Part shown: piece after piece, positions 26,743 through 39,890 of the stretch
Layout: each line of letters opens with the position of its first letter
Numbering within the stretch: position 1 is the first letter of the stretch
Source: Lepidodermella squamata
Lineage: Eukaryota > Animalia > Gastrotricha
DNA length: 64,000 nucleotides
Reading direction: 5' to 3'
Assembly: GCA_047495785.1 (NCBI GenBank)
Contig: JBLDXI010000001.1
Span: 434,001-498,000 of the forward strand
Program-made: the position numbers and the translations under genes
The notes under the pieces: model-generated
The model's input: only the letters and a program-made list of their open reading frames with translations
Databases searched by the model: none
What the model was told of the DNA's origin: nothing

Positions 26743-29700
26743 TCATCGGTAGTACTTGTCGTAATAATTCGGCGGTGGTGAGACCTGTTTGATGCTCCTG
26801 GGAAAACAGCAATAATAAATATTTATGAGTGTGTAAGCTCGCGCCAACTTACTGTAAAGTCCCAGTTTGAGCAGCCTGCCCTTGCATGACTTTAGCCAAA
26901 CCGTAGGCAAGCCCAGCTAAAGCCAACGCGCCGACAACTCCACCAACAATGCCGCCGATTTCTGGTCGAGAAAAGCGATAAAAAAGTGCTCAAGAAAATC
27001 TGCCGAGAAAAACTCACGCGCTTCTGTTAGACAATTGCTGCACTCGCCGGTCGTCGTAGTCGCCTGGGTTGTTGTCGTAGTGGTCGCTGCCTGTGTCTGC
27101 GACCAGTACGCCGTGTACTGAACATTAATCGTCAACGTTCCACTCGTCGAATAGGCGCCATTCGAGCACGTGACGGTCAGGTAGATGTTCGGCGTCGATC
27201 GGTACACAATTTGCGCATTCGCTATGGTTGAAATGACGCCGGTAGAAGAGCTGACCGAAAATATGCCCGCCGCCGCCGTCGGCATAATCGTGCCCGTGTA
27301 CGACAGCGGCCGGCCGTCTTCGTCGCTGCACGCCGTCGAGTAGACAGTCGCGGCCGTAGCGACGCCTTCCGTGATGGTTATGGCGTTTGGAATGTTGGTC
27401 AGCGAAGGCACGCCTGGCTCGTCGGTGATGCTCACTGTTAGGGTGTAGGTCGTAGTTCGAGGTGGCAAATTGTTACTGACAGCATTCATCGTCAATATAT
27501 ACCGAGGAATTTTCTGGTAGTCCAAGTTAGGATTTTGTTGAATTTTCACAACTAAAACAAATAAACAGTTCAACCACAAACGAATTTATTGGAGAAGTGT
27601 AAAGGGTGGCCAAAAATTCCGCAGAAGGGAATTCGATGCGCATCATTGACGCGCATCGAATTTCCTTCGGCGGAATTTTTTTGGCCACCCTAAATATAAA
27701 TTTTAGCCCATTTTCCTGAATCACTAAAATGTACCATTCGCCATGTCGGTGAAGATCGGAATTTCAGCTTCCATTTAGGCAGGCATCAGGCAGGCAAGAG
27801 AAATTCTTAGTTTTCGAAATTCTCGAATTAAAAATTAAATATTTCACTTTTCTAAATCGGTATTAAATGTATTACAGGTGCAGTAACCTCAAAATACCTT
27901 GAAACTTGAAACTGACCCAAATGTTTCTAAAATCGATAACCCAATCAAAAATACATTTTTCCCACTTTTTCGAAGTTCCAAAAACTTTAAAACCCTATGA
28001 AACTACAAAAAAAGAATATAATCGCATTTCTTTAATTCAAAAATTCAATTTTAAATTGGTTTCTCAAGTTTGATGTCATCTGATTGTCCTAAGCACCAGC
28101 TATAAAATTTATCCTGTAATAAGATGATGAATGATTGCACCGACGTGGTGCTCAACATGCCAAAATTATCCCTGCCTTAACGTCCAGCTTGATGCAATTT
28201 TCGACGATTTCTAGGTTTCCCGTTTGGAATGCGTAAAATTCTACTCTGATGACTTGGATCTACATCGAGAAATTATGCGATGACTCACGTCCATCTTGCC
28301 CAACCGTGAAAATGTTTGTGTTGGGCTGGACTGAAATAAGGCCATAAGTAATGCCGGTCGTTGAGTTGTCAGAAGTTCTCAAGTCCCATATCAAGGTCGA
28401 CAAGGTTTGCGACTCGCTGATACTGACCGTCCCCGTGTACGTATTAGCATTACTGGTCGGTTTGGCCCGTTGAACAATGACGATATTGACGAAACTCGTC
28501 ACCGTGTAAATAGTATTCGACACCGTAAAACCCGCCTGGTACGAATTCTGCTGCTGGTAGTTGAAATTCGGGCTGGAAACATAGCCAAACGCGCGAGTTG
28601 ACGTCGAGTAAGAAAATTTCGAAGAGCCACTCGACGGCGAAATCCCAAGATAAGTGTAAGTCAACGGGTAATTTGCCGGGTTTATATCAACGGCGCCGAT
28701 TGTTAGCAGCGTGGCGGCTAATGTAACATCCTCTCGAATGTTCACCGTCGCCGGCAATCCGGTCCATTTCGGAGGCTTGTCAGTTCGAACGACCGTAACA
28801 GTAACCGTACATGTTGAGACTGGCGTTGTGAACTTATCAGAAACCTCAACGGTCATCACGTACTCCTTCACCAGGGTGTAGTCAAGGATAGGTGTCGTGT
28901 TAGCATATTGAATATTGAACTCCAAATCTAAAATCAATGTCTGAATTTTAAACCAAAGGAAAAATCTAATAACTTACAGTACAACCCAGTCGGGATGCGG
29001 AAGGCTGGGTTATAAGAGGGTTGCATGGTCAGAATTTTGTAAAATACCGGATCTCCCTCTCGATCTGTTGCGTTGAAGTTGTACATAGGATAGGTGGCTG
29101 AGGCGTTGTCAAGGATGTTAACGTAACCCGAGGCCGGAATGGCTGGAGTCGTGAATCTAGGCGGCTTATTGATTGGCGTAATCGCAACCGAAATTTGGCT
29201 GGTAATTGAAACGGGAGCAGCCGGCGGTGGCCCATTTGTCGGGTTATTGACGTAGACAATTTTCAGGGTGTAAGAAGGAGTGACGTAAGCATCAAACGCG
29301 GTCGTACTTCCGATGGAATAACCAACAACTTTTATCATTTCAAACCAAATAAATTTTCATAAATCATCGCAATGAATTCACTTACTCCCTGTGCTGAAAT
29401 TAAATGTTGAAATGCTGAAGAAGTCGCTCGATGTAATATTGACGTAAGTTTGCGTAGTTGCGCCGACCAAGAACATGAAATTTCCCGGGTCGTTTTCCTT
29501 GTCGTAAACGGACACGGTGAAAAACGACGCTATGCCGGTTTGATTTTCATTCAGCGACGCGAAAGCGGCTAAATTCTTGAACACTGGCGGCGTGTCGCAG
29601 TACAACACGTTGACGGTAAACGCCATCGATACTGTGTATTGGTTATCGGTTGTCTGAACCGAAAATGACAGCGGGGTTACTGAAGAGTTGAGAGCTGGGG

Positions 29701-32374
29701 GTGTCGAATATTTCAACACTGAAAATACAAATATGAATAAAATAACTGAGATAGTATTTTACTAAGCCTACCAGACGTTATTGTAGCTGGCAGTGGGGCT
29801 GCAACCGCGGCTGAGTTCATCGGGCTCATGAAAAACATGAGGGTGTTACTCGCCTGTGGCTGCTTGATAGTCCAGGTCAAGGCGTCACCCTCCGGCTCGT
29901 AGGCTGTTAACGTAGCAACCGGGCCATTTTGAACACATTCATAGATACCGACTGGAACTGTGGTCGTGTTCAGAACAGGCGGTTTGTTTCGATAGATCAG
30001 GCTCAAGGTCAACGTGAAACTGGTTGCCGCCAGGGCAGAGATACTGTCGGAAATTCTTACGGACAAGGTGTAGACTGGCTCGGTTTTCTGGTCGAAAATC
30101 CACCCGCAGCATGTCCCAATTTTCACGCTGGCAGTGAAGCAAAGTACTAGAAGACGCAACATTTGCAATAGATGCGAAAATTCTTTAAATCTATCATACG
30201 GTTTGTGCCCGAAGATATTTGGAAATTAGAGGATGCCGGGGTAGATGGACTCGTTGACATAAGTTGGTAATTAATTGTGTCACTCTCGCGATCCGTAGCA
30301 GCAATTGTCCAGAAACAAGACCCAACAGTTTGATCTTCGCCGATTTTGTAAGTAGCCTTAAAATTAAAAGGCAATAATTAAGATTATTATTTCTATTTAA
30401 AAATAAATGTATACTGAGGTTAAGACTGGAACAGGCTGCCGATTAACTAGGACGACATTGACGATGAGAGAGTTAGTTGCAGTAACTTTAAACGACGCCG
30501 TAACAGTTGAAACCGCCCATATCGTCAAGTTATATTTGTTAACCGCGTAATAATTCAGGGTGCCGCTGGTTACAGTCGAAGTCAACTGCACATCTTTGCA
30601 CGTTACACCTGCCCCGGGTGTGATCGAACACGTAGCCGCTGCGATTTGAAAGTAATTGGCGCCGCTTGGTGGATCGACGCCAGTCAACAGGAAAACAGTG
30701 GACAGGCCGTTCTTTTGAATCGATTGCAGGGTGTATACAAGACTCACTCCAGCGTCCAACTCGCCGACATTGACTGAAGCCTGTTTTAAACATGTTTTGC
30801 ATTAATAATTGTCAAAGGATCTATAAATTTGTAAGGTTCGAGCATTAAATTTTTCCAATTTAAAAAAAAATTTATTCACTTGCAATGATGCTTCGATCTT
30901 AGCTACTCTGGTAAGTGTCCACAGATATTTACAAAACTTGTTAATCGTGGCTTCGAAGACTTCAGGTATTGGAAAATTACTTATTTTTTAAAAATCGATA
31001 CTTGGAATCGATATCTCAGCTGAAGTATAACTCGTTAACTGACCGCTCATAGTGCAAAATACGCGTAATTGTGAGATTTATCGGATAGGTAAAAAATAAA
31101 AAATCGAATGCACGGGAGATCTTGAAACTTGAAAAACTTGAATTTCAACCTTAATTTGTGATTCCAGCATTCGACGTTTTTAAAACCTCGAATGCTTGAA
31201 TCACAAATTAGGGTGAAATCTCGGTAGACTCGTTATTCAATTAAAATTTCAGCTCACAGGCAGTGATGTGATGTTCGCCGGTTCGTAAACTGTTGTTATC
31301 GAAATTGTGTACGACTGAGTAGTTGTTAGCCCTCCCCCATCAGTCGCCACAATGCCGATCGTATAGACCGGGGCTCCGTTCTGATAATTGAACATAGGCA
31401 AACACGCCGGGCAACCAGTCGTGTCGAAAGCCAGCTGGGTGGTCAACGAGTAAACCCCAGATGGATTGACGATTTTGAACGGCGGAGTGCTGGCAACGGT
31501 GGTCGCGCCTTGCTTCACCTGGATGATGGACAGGGTAAACGCGCCATAAGTCGAGTCGTATGTATCGTTGTCGCGAACGACGAGATCGCATATTACACCC
31601 GAGTAGGTTGTTGGGCTTCCGGTGTATTCAGGTAACTGGTAGGTAGTAGGAAGGCCGGATAGAAAAATCGGATTCTCGTCTGCAAGAAAATTTATATTAT
31701 TTGTTCGTCACGTCGAGGACTTTTTAACAGAAAAATAAGAAATCTAATATCTTACTGCAGTCGGAAATGGGCACTGCAACGCTGTAAGAGCCATAACCAC
31801 TGTATCCTGCTTTAGTCGCCTGAACCACTAGCTGCATGTAATAGTAGTACCCAGGACTTTGAGTATCTTCGTAGTTGTAGTAGCAACCGGCAACGGTAGG
31901 ATCGAGCCTAACGGTAACTGAACACCAAAATATGTTTGAATATTTTTAGCAAATTTATCTGGACAAAATACCATCACAATTGCTAGGACATGCTTGCGTG
32001 CCACAAGTCGTTGACGCTATGTTGAAACAGCCTAGGGCCGAACCCGCTGGGGTGACTGTTCTCGTCAGCGTTGTGGCTAAACCCGTTGTAGCAGTAGCAC
32101 AACTGAATGAGACGTGTATCACTAACGAAAATCACGACTGGTTCTCAAAAAATTGATCTAAATGGCTGAATCGTACCGGTTGCTGCCACGACAGTAGTCT
32201 GGCATGGCATTTCAGGTATCGTAGATACCGGATCGTTCGTGAACGAAATTTGAACGGCCTGTTGAGTGCATGACAGCCCGATCATGGCGCATACTACAGA
32301 AAACAATCGTGTAGTTATCAAATTTAGCACGTGATCAATCGTCTACCTGCAGCTAAAAACAACAGCACCTGCAT
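26743..32374 (-). CDS. Atypical cadherin-repeat type I membrane protein B (paralog of A)
   Basis: Signal peptide MQVLLFLAAVCAMIGLSCTQQA; repeats with ATDGGGL, ATDRESD, VYDKENDP, ATDREGDPVFY and VNIREDV; poly-Thr stalk; TM IGGIVGGVVGALALAGLAYGLA; tail ends VSPPPNYYDKYYR* (stop 26743-26745). Confidence 0.85.
27604..27690. mobile_element. Intronic fold-back mini-element
   Basis: GGGTGGCCAAAAATTCCGCAGAAGGGAATTCGATGCGC followed by its near-perfect reverse complement; TAAA on both flanks. Confidence 0.65.
31142..31219. repeat. Intronic near-perfect palindrome
   Basis: ATTTCAACCTTAATTTGTGATTCCAGCATTCGACGTTTT / AAAACCTCGAATGCTTGAATCACAAATTAGGGTGAAAT. Confidence 0.75.
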
Positions 32375-32767
32375 TTTCTCGCTGTTTTGCGTGGTTGATC
32401 AACTCATACTCGATTTAAAAGATAAAAGAGTAGTGCGACCTGCTTTCGGATTACTCCATCCAAGTTTGGATATTTGGTTTTTTATCAAATTGTGAATAGG
32501 GCATTGATGTCGCTAAGGCCCGCTGTCAAGTCTGACAAAAACTGAATGACCTCGCGTACAAATACTATTTATTTCATCTTTCGTTCATTCATTCATCCCA
32601 GGCAGTTATACGCTATCGAGAAATGTTGTTTCAAAAGGGCGATTTTCGCCCACGCAGAGGAGATAGTAGCATAATTACAAAACGAAGAAATTATGTTTGC
32701 AGCATTGACCCGATGAATCATTCGAATTTACAGATCATCAATTAATCGAATAGAAAACAAAGATGGA

Positions 32768-34267
32768 CTAGTCAGTGATTGTTTTTCGGAACCAGAAACG
32801 AACCCGCGCATCTTCCCCAGTTGTTACAAAAGCAGGCATTGTGGGCGAGTGGCAGATCGATCGGCAAATAGCGTTGTGACCAAGATGAAGTAGACGCTGG
32901 CGTTGCGTTGTGCGTGCGTCCCAACTACACATGGAACCAGTTTTTTCGTCCGGAAAAAGGACGAAATCCTCCGTGTGGTTGAAAACAGCCTAAAAGACAA
33001 TTAATAATCGATCACATCACTCAAGAATTACTCCATTTACCTGAATTCGATGTTCGGGCCGCCCTAAAGCACCAGCTCCTGTGTAAGCTAGCATCAACCT
33101 GGCGGCGCGAAGGTCCCACAGTTGCACTATTGAATCTTTGCCAGCTGAAATAACGTATTTCCCGTTCTTGGAAAAATATGCCGAGCAAACTTGCTCGCCC
33201 TGATGAGCTTTTTCGAACAACATGACACGGCGGTTACTGACGCCGTCCCAAACGGCGATATCGCCATCTTTGCTACTACTGACGAACATTGAGCCGGTTG
33301 GGTTGTACTTTAGACAGGTTATAGGACCTTTATGTTGGTCACCCGGGTCTGCTGAGACGAAGCATTGCGTGGTCGCAACATCATACAGGCGAACAGTGGG
33401 ATGCTGTGTCCCGACCAGCAAGTAGTCGCCAGATGGATGGAAAGAGACGACCCTCAACTCGCTGGCCTCACGGACAGCTTTAAAGGCTTTTTTGACCGAT
33501 GGTCTCGAGTAATCGTATAATTTCAAGTAATAATCGCTACTACCAGAAACAAGAATTTGAATAAATGGATGAAAATCGATGCAAGTGACTTCGAGGACGT
33601 GGTCGTAGAGAGTGCGAATAACTGGGTGAGTTTCCATCTGCTGCTGAGGCTGATTCTGAGGATCGCCAGTGTGCTGTTCACCGGGCGCCGTAGCTTTCGC
33701 AACCATTCTATCGACATCCAAAATTTTGATGCTCGCATCTTCGGAACCCGTTGCGACTAATAGGCCATTTGGATGAAAAGCCGAGGCTCGGCAAGGTGCC
33801 TTATGAATGGTAGAAAAGCAGCACTCGTAGAGCGCTGGCTCAGGAGCCAAAACTGCCGAGTCGACTGGGTAATCGAAGTCAAGCACTCGGTCGCTGACGT
33901 CCTCAGCTTGGACGCTATTGAAATCGAAAACGACAGATGGGCTGACTGGTCTGTCTTGACTTTCGTTATCAGTCGCATTTTCCGATTCCATCGGCTGAGT
34001 TTTGACTGTTTGTGTTGTCTCATCTCCTGATGCTTCTGCTTTCACGGGAGCAGATTCAGTCGGAGTCGATTTGCCAGTCTTCTTGTCAGTTTTCCACATA
34101 TTGTCGAACCACTCTATGAGACGGTTTGTAGGAACTATAGGCTCCGGAAATCCCATTTGCAGCTGAAGATTGTGGGCAATAACTTGATGTCCATCGTACA
34201 GCAACTGAGAAATTACCAAACGGTACAATGTATCCTTGTTTCGGAGCGTAGCTATGTCGTCTTTCAT
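32768..34267 (-). CDS. CSTF1: Cleavage stimulation factor 50 kDa subunit (WD40)
   Basis: N-terminal [13 protein letters not shown] dimerisation motif; [17 protein letters not shown] and WDGVSNR; one intron; last exon [18 protein letters not shown]...[12 protein letters not shown]. Confidence 0.95.
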
Positions 34268-34467
34268 CTTCACTGATAACAAATCTATTCTCCGAATTAA
34301 ATATACACAATCAAAACAAAATTATGACAAGTTAACTCTGGGATTTCACCAATCATTTTCTACTAGCTTGTCCGAATCAAGTCGATCGACGCACCGTCGA
34401 GTGGGCAGCTAAAATAGATAAAGTTCCACTGAGGAAGGCGTTAACCAGGAACAAAGTCGGGCTTTGC

Positions 34468-34481
34468 GTTGTCCCGGCAAT
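34468..34481 (+). promoter_or_regulatory. X-box-like (RFX) motif in the CSTF1/DNAI1 divergent promoter
   Basis: GTTGTCCCGGCAAT is close to the GTTGCCATGGCAAC consensus and lies upstream of a motile-cilia gene. An ETS-like CCGGAAG follows a few bases downstream. Confidence 0.4.
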
Positions 34482-35358
34482 TCTGACCGGAAGAGGTTTT
34501 TACGAAAATTCAAATCCCGCCACATGGGCTCAACATTGCCTCGACCTTTAATTGATAAGATGTGATTTTGAAAATAAGAAATGTCATATTAAATGTTTTT
34601 GATTATTTTGTAATATCATAGATACGACGCTTTTTCTTGGTAACAGGAGCTGAGCCTGAAGCCGTTTGTAGGTTTCGCTGAGTGAGTGGAAAAGCCACCT
34701 AGGTACTTATGCCTGGGCCCTGGAGAAACAGTCAGCAATAACTGGAGTACCAGGGGTAGGGATTCATTAAGTAGTTAGTAATCCAGACCAAACTTTCCTA
34801 GAACGTAAGCTCGCGATTTTCTCACTAGCTCCGCCTTATGGCAAAACCTTCAATCCGTCCGGGCGATTAGAAATCGTAAATTCGTGATCGTGATCGCGAT
34901 CGTGGATTCTCTCTTCATGATAGTTTTCGAAAAAAAATTCGGCCTGTCATATTTGTGGATTAACCTTGCTGAGGCTTGTGTTAGGGCAGATTCTGTTCAT
35001 CATCGAAATTCGGCGAAATTGCTTATTATAATCAGCCTTCTTACTCCGTTATTATCAAGGAGAGACTGGTTGTAGAGTAAGATCCCAAAATAAGATAGGT
35101 AGACCTAGTTTTGAAAATATTTCAGCAACACCTCTCCTAATGGTTTCGCGGGCTCCCACCAGTGAGGTTTTTTGATTTATACAGCAGAAAATCCTAGACC
35201 AATTTGAACTCGGAACTCGGAAGCACTGCTTGAGTTTTTATCGGTTTTCACTATTATAGTCAGATTGCACTATGAAAGGGTTTCTGCTTGAGTTGAAGAA
35301 CTTTGTGAACATCATTATGTTTGTTTTCTGTTAGTAGATAATTATTGTCGAATAGAAT

Positions 35359-38300
35359 ATGGCTGCTAAGGCGCCACAGAAAGCCGCTCCGCCTAAGCAA
35401 AAGCCGGTATGTTGAAGAAATGTTGATTACGCATCAATATGTGTTGTTTTTGCAGGCGGCTATTGGTAAAGGAAAAGGAAAAGGAAAGGTAACTTGGCAA
35501 TTCACTTCTTTAACTCCTCATTTTTATCAACTAATTAATAATGAATTCGATACATTTAGCCCAATAGACCGTTTTCGATTGAAATCTTGCCGGTAAATGT
35601 ACAGTAGTAACTGACTTCTCGCTGACTTAGAGGCTCACTGTAAAATTAGCTTACTGGTATTACTACGAGAAAGAAGTCAGCGGAAAAATGATACATAGCA
35701 AAAAATAGCGAATTCGTACATAGTTTTACCTGCTAAATAGTATACATTTCATCACCATATTTTTTTAGGAGGAAGAAGAAACAGCCGTCGAAACAGCCGA
35801 GGATGAATGGACTGTAAGTTCGCTATGCTTTATCGAAAATATGTTATTTATCGGTTTGCAATATAGAACCGGCCAATGTTAAAACCTGAGGACCAACTCG
35901 ATCTGACTGAAGCCGTAAATTATAATTTAACAAATATCTTGCTTGAAGGCTGATTTGATTTTTCAGGAATTGAAAGAAGAGATAACTAGAATTCTTACGG
36001 CCAATAATCCTCATGCCCCACAGAACATCGTAAGATACAGCCTCAAGGTGAGACTTTCTCATTACCATAATTTGTGCTCATGCTACTGAATAACCTTTCG
36101 TAGGACTGTCAATATAAACCCCAAGGACATATCGATCAGCTGGCCATTCATTTCCAACTCGAAGGAAATTTATTACACAAAGATTCCGATGAGGCCAAAC
36201 GTCAACTTTCACGACAATCCGGAGCTCCGGTTGAAACAGCCGAGAAAGGAGATCAGGCTAAAGAAGGCGCCGCTCAAGCTCAGGCCAAGTCTCCTGAAGC
36301 TGCAGATGAGAGCAAAGATGAACAGAGGGACGATGAAACGATATCTCCAGTTGCGAAGAAAGGAGAGCAGAAACTTACCAATCAATTTAATTTCACGGAG
36401 CGAGCTGCCCAAACATACAATAATCCCACCAGGGTTGGTTGAACATGCAGTAAGAATGTATTTTTAATCTTTTGACGGAATAATTTTCTAGGAGCGAAAC
36501 TACAACACCGAACCTCCTCCGCGCGAAACCTTTTCCGGAAATGTGTCCCAGTGGGAGATATTCGACAGCTACCAAGAAGACTTCCAGCGGCAGCAACGCG
36601 AGAAGGATAAGGAAACGAAGAAAGCTCAACCTAAAAAGGAGGAAGAAAAGGGCAAGAGAAAAACGTTGACAGCCGAATCATTGGTAAGCTATTATTGCTC
36701 ATGATTGAGCCTCTGTTTTGACCTTCGAGACTCCAGGGTATGATTGAAAATGACTGGTATAAGGTGAGAGTTCGCGGAATACAGAATTAATCGTCCGTTA
36801 TACTCATAAATATAATGTTCATATACATAGAAACCAGCATGGATATTGACTAGCTATAACTTAGATTGTTTCGTCTAGATTGCGAACTAAGCGTATTCTG
36901 TTATCAACGTATAAAAATGAATCTTTTTATAATACAGGTCAGCGACGACGTTGCAAGAGTGGCCAATTCAGCAAAAATTATCGAGAGAATGGTCAATCAG
37001 AATACCTTCGATGACGTTGCACAAGGTTTTACAGAAGATCGATTTAAGGGTTGAAAAATTCTCAAATAATTCCTTTTTAGATTTCAAATACTGGGAAGAT
37101 GCCAGTGACGATTATCGTGACCAAGAGGGAACATTATTGCCACTCTGGAAATTTACCTATGACCCAGCGCGAAAAATGGCTGTCACCTCTATCTCTTGGA
37201 ACCCGAAATACCCAGATTTGTTCGCTGTCGGACATGGATCATGTAATTTTTCTGATTTCTTTATCGATATAATATCTACTGTCATGCTTATATATTATTT
37301 AAGATGACTTTACGAAACAGCTGACTGGAATGCTGTTGTTTTACTCGCTTAAAAATCCTTCGTTTCCCGAATACCGCTATAACACCGACGTCGGTGTAAT
37401 GTCACTGGATCTGCACCCGAATTACCAATATCTCTGCGTCTGCGGGTTTTACGACGGCAGTGTGGGTGTTTTCAATGTGACCGAAAAGCGCCTCGGACCC
37501 GCCTACATGAGCACATCGAAAACCGGCAAGCACACTGATCCAGTTTGGCAAGTCAAGTGGCAGAAAAACGATCTCGACGATAACATGAACTTCTTCTCGT
37601 GCTCATCCGACGGCCGCATCGTACAATGGACACTTATCAAAAACGAGCTCATGTACTACGACGTAGCGAAACTTGCAATCATCGAATCGTCACCACAGGA
37701 TGGCCCTGATGGCGCTAGGTTGCCTAATCTAGCAGCTGGCACAACTTTTGCTTTCCACCCGACTATGGATTATCTATTCCTGGTTGGAACCGAGGAGGGA
37801 AAGATCTGCAAATGCTCGAAGGCCTATGGATCGCAATTTTTGGATGTTTTCCAGGCCCATCATATGGCGATTTACAAGGTCGCATGGAACTCGTACCATC
37901 CTAAAGTTTTCGCCACTTGCTCGGCTGATTGGCTTGTTAAAATCTGGGACCACACATACCCGTAATTTTTTGACTATCTAGCGTGATCCAAATATTTAAT
38001 TTTTACTTATTATAGGGAACCGTTGTTCATCTATGACCTTGGGGCTCCTGTTGGCGATGTCGCATGGGCACCATATTCATCCACTGTTTTCGCTGCTGTG
38101 ACAAATGACGGCCGTGTTTGTGTTTTCGATCTGAATATCAACAAATACGAGCCCTTGTGCCAACAACCGGTGGTCCAACGCAAGAAAACCAAATTGACCC
38201 ACATCGGTTTCAATCCTCTTCATCCCGTTTTAATTGTGGGAGATGATAGAGGGGCAGTTTCCAGCTTGAAGCTGTCGCCTAATCTGCGAAAAATGCCGAA

Positions 38301-38406
38301 GGAGAAGAAGAATGAGCCGAACAAGAAACCCGAAGAAGTCGAAATCGCGAAAATGGACAAGATCCTAGCATCCGTTCGCGAGTCCGATAAAGCGCCCGCG
38401 AAATAA
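35359..38406 (+). CDS. DNAI1: Dynein axonemal intermediate chain 1 (outer arm, IC78-like)
   Basis: [93 protein letters not shown] and LKLSPNLRK; many short introns. Confidence 0.95.
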
Positions 38407-38626
38407 CTTATTAGTAGCTATGATTCACTGATACTATAAAGAAATATATTGAATCGAAAAGGTAACACCTTTGCTGTTATACGAATGTGTCTCAGTCAGC
38501 TTGCGACGATTGTTTTAGCATTAACCACTTGTTTTAGCGTGATCTCAAAGCCATTTTATTAATTTTATCGGATCATATCTGTGATGATAATTTTAGCATT
38601 TAAAATAAAAATACGTGAATTAATAA

Positions 38627-39070
38627 TCATTTTGGTATCGCATTTTTCAAGCGCTCGAAGCACATCAGTATCGTAGTTAAATTGTGACTGCCAGGTAGCA
38701 CTTGAATGACTTTATCACGAGATTTCGAGCCCTGCAAATCACGAACACAATTATTTTCAAACACGAAAGCTGAAAAAATTACCCGAACGATATCGACGTC
38801 TGACTTCCTAACACTCAGAGTGGTGGAGAGGAACTTGACTAGTTCGGCATTCGCCTCGCCGTCTGAAGGTGGCGCGGCGATTTGCAACGTTACCAACTTC
38901 TCCTTTTCATCGACGGCTAAACAGAGATGGATAAATATTCAACGATTCAATAAGGAGAAATGTGCCAACGAACCCACCACATTGCTCTCCTTAGAGTTTG
39001 GTTTAACATTAACATTGAACTCGAGTTTCTCTTCGGCCGGTGTTGGTGCTTTCGACTTTTGCTTCTTCAT
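38627..39070 (-). CDS. C15orf40: UPF0235 / DUF167 (YggU-like) protein
   Basis: Three exons encoding [29 protein letters not shown] and GSKSRDK. Confidence 0.88.
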
Positions 39071-39264
39071 GGTTTCAATAATTAACACTAATACTTAACA
39101 AAAACTCGACAACTCAGATTTTACAATTTATTCATTGCATTGACACGAATTAGTATAAAAATGACTGGCTTTCCTTGCTTGTAGTTCACAAGAAATATTT
39201 ACTTATATCGCCTTGTTTAATCAAGTGATCGGCACAACAAATTTGTTTGGTTAGACTGATTTCA

Positions 39265-39435
39265 TCAGCCCCAAAGCAGGCTAGCCCATGTGAGCGGAGG
39301 GCCGTTGGGTTCGGGTCCTTGTCGGAAGCCGAGGTAGACAATGTAGGGTACGAAGCCCCATTGGAACAGAAACTTGGCTAGGGTGACCAGCGATTGCAGC
39401 TTGGTGACGAAACCGCGAGGGACGACAGCAGTCAT
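39265..39435 (-). CDS. TOMM7: Mitochondrial import receptor subunit TOM7 (56 aa, no coding intron)
   Basis: Hand translation MTAVVPRGFVTKLQSLVTLAKFLFQWGFVPYIVYLGFRQGPEPNGPPLTWASLLWG* matches the Tom7 signature WGFxPxxxYLGFxxG...SLLWG. Below the ORF-track cutoff. Confidence 0.95.
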   Translation of the reverse strand: MTAVVPRGFVTKLQSLVTLAKFLFQWGFVPYIVYLGFRQGPEPNGPPLTWASLLWG

Positions 39436-39890
39436 TATTCGACTATAATTTTTCCTAAAACAAAGAAAAGACTCTTGGTTTAACGTTTTTTTGTCGGCAG
39501 CGTGAAAACCGCACCTTTCTCATTTTATTTCTTTTTATCTTATTTTTATCATGTAAGAATTTTATATTTACACATAACAGACATAGAAATAACTTGCGTC
39601 GTTCAGAAGAATATTTTTTATAATTTTGCATTTTATAACATCACAAAATGAATGACCAAAAATTATTAATTTTTGTTAAGAAATCTGGCGCGCCAGCTAG
39701 AATGCTTTGTCGTCGTATAATTGCTTTGAATATGCGACTGTATTATAGAAGCGGACGTCCAAGTGAGCAAAAATGCGTACAATATTTTATTAAGAATAAG
39801 AATAGCAGTATTAATAACGAGAACGATCAAATAGCACGTGCTGAGAAAGGCCCTGACGAGGTCTTTGAACTCTCGGTTTCAAAACGACGA

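Noticed and set aside
34640-34800. Possible structured RNA or hammerhead ribozyme upstream of DNAI1
   Set aside because: The core CUGANGA and GAAA elements with pairing stems could not be assembled.
39270-39400. tRNA/SINE-like box B (GGGTTCGGGTCC) on the plus strand
   Set aside because: It is the antisense of the TOMM7 coding sequence and forms no cloverleaf.
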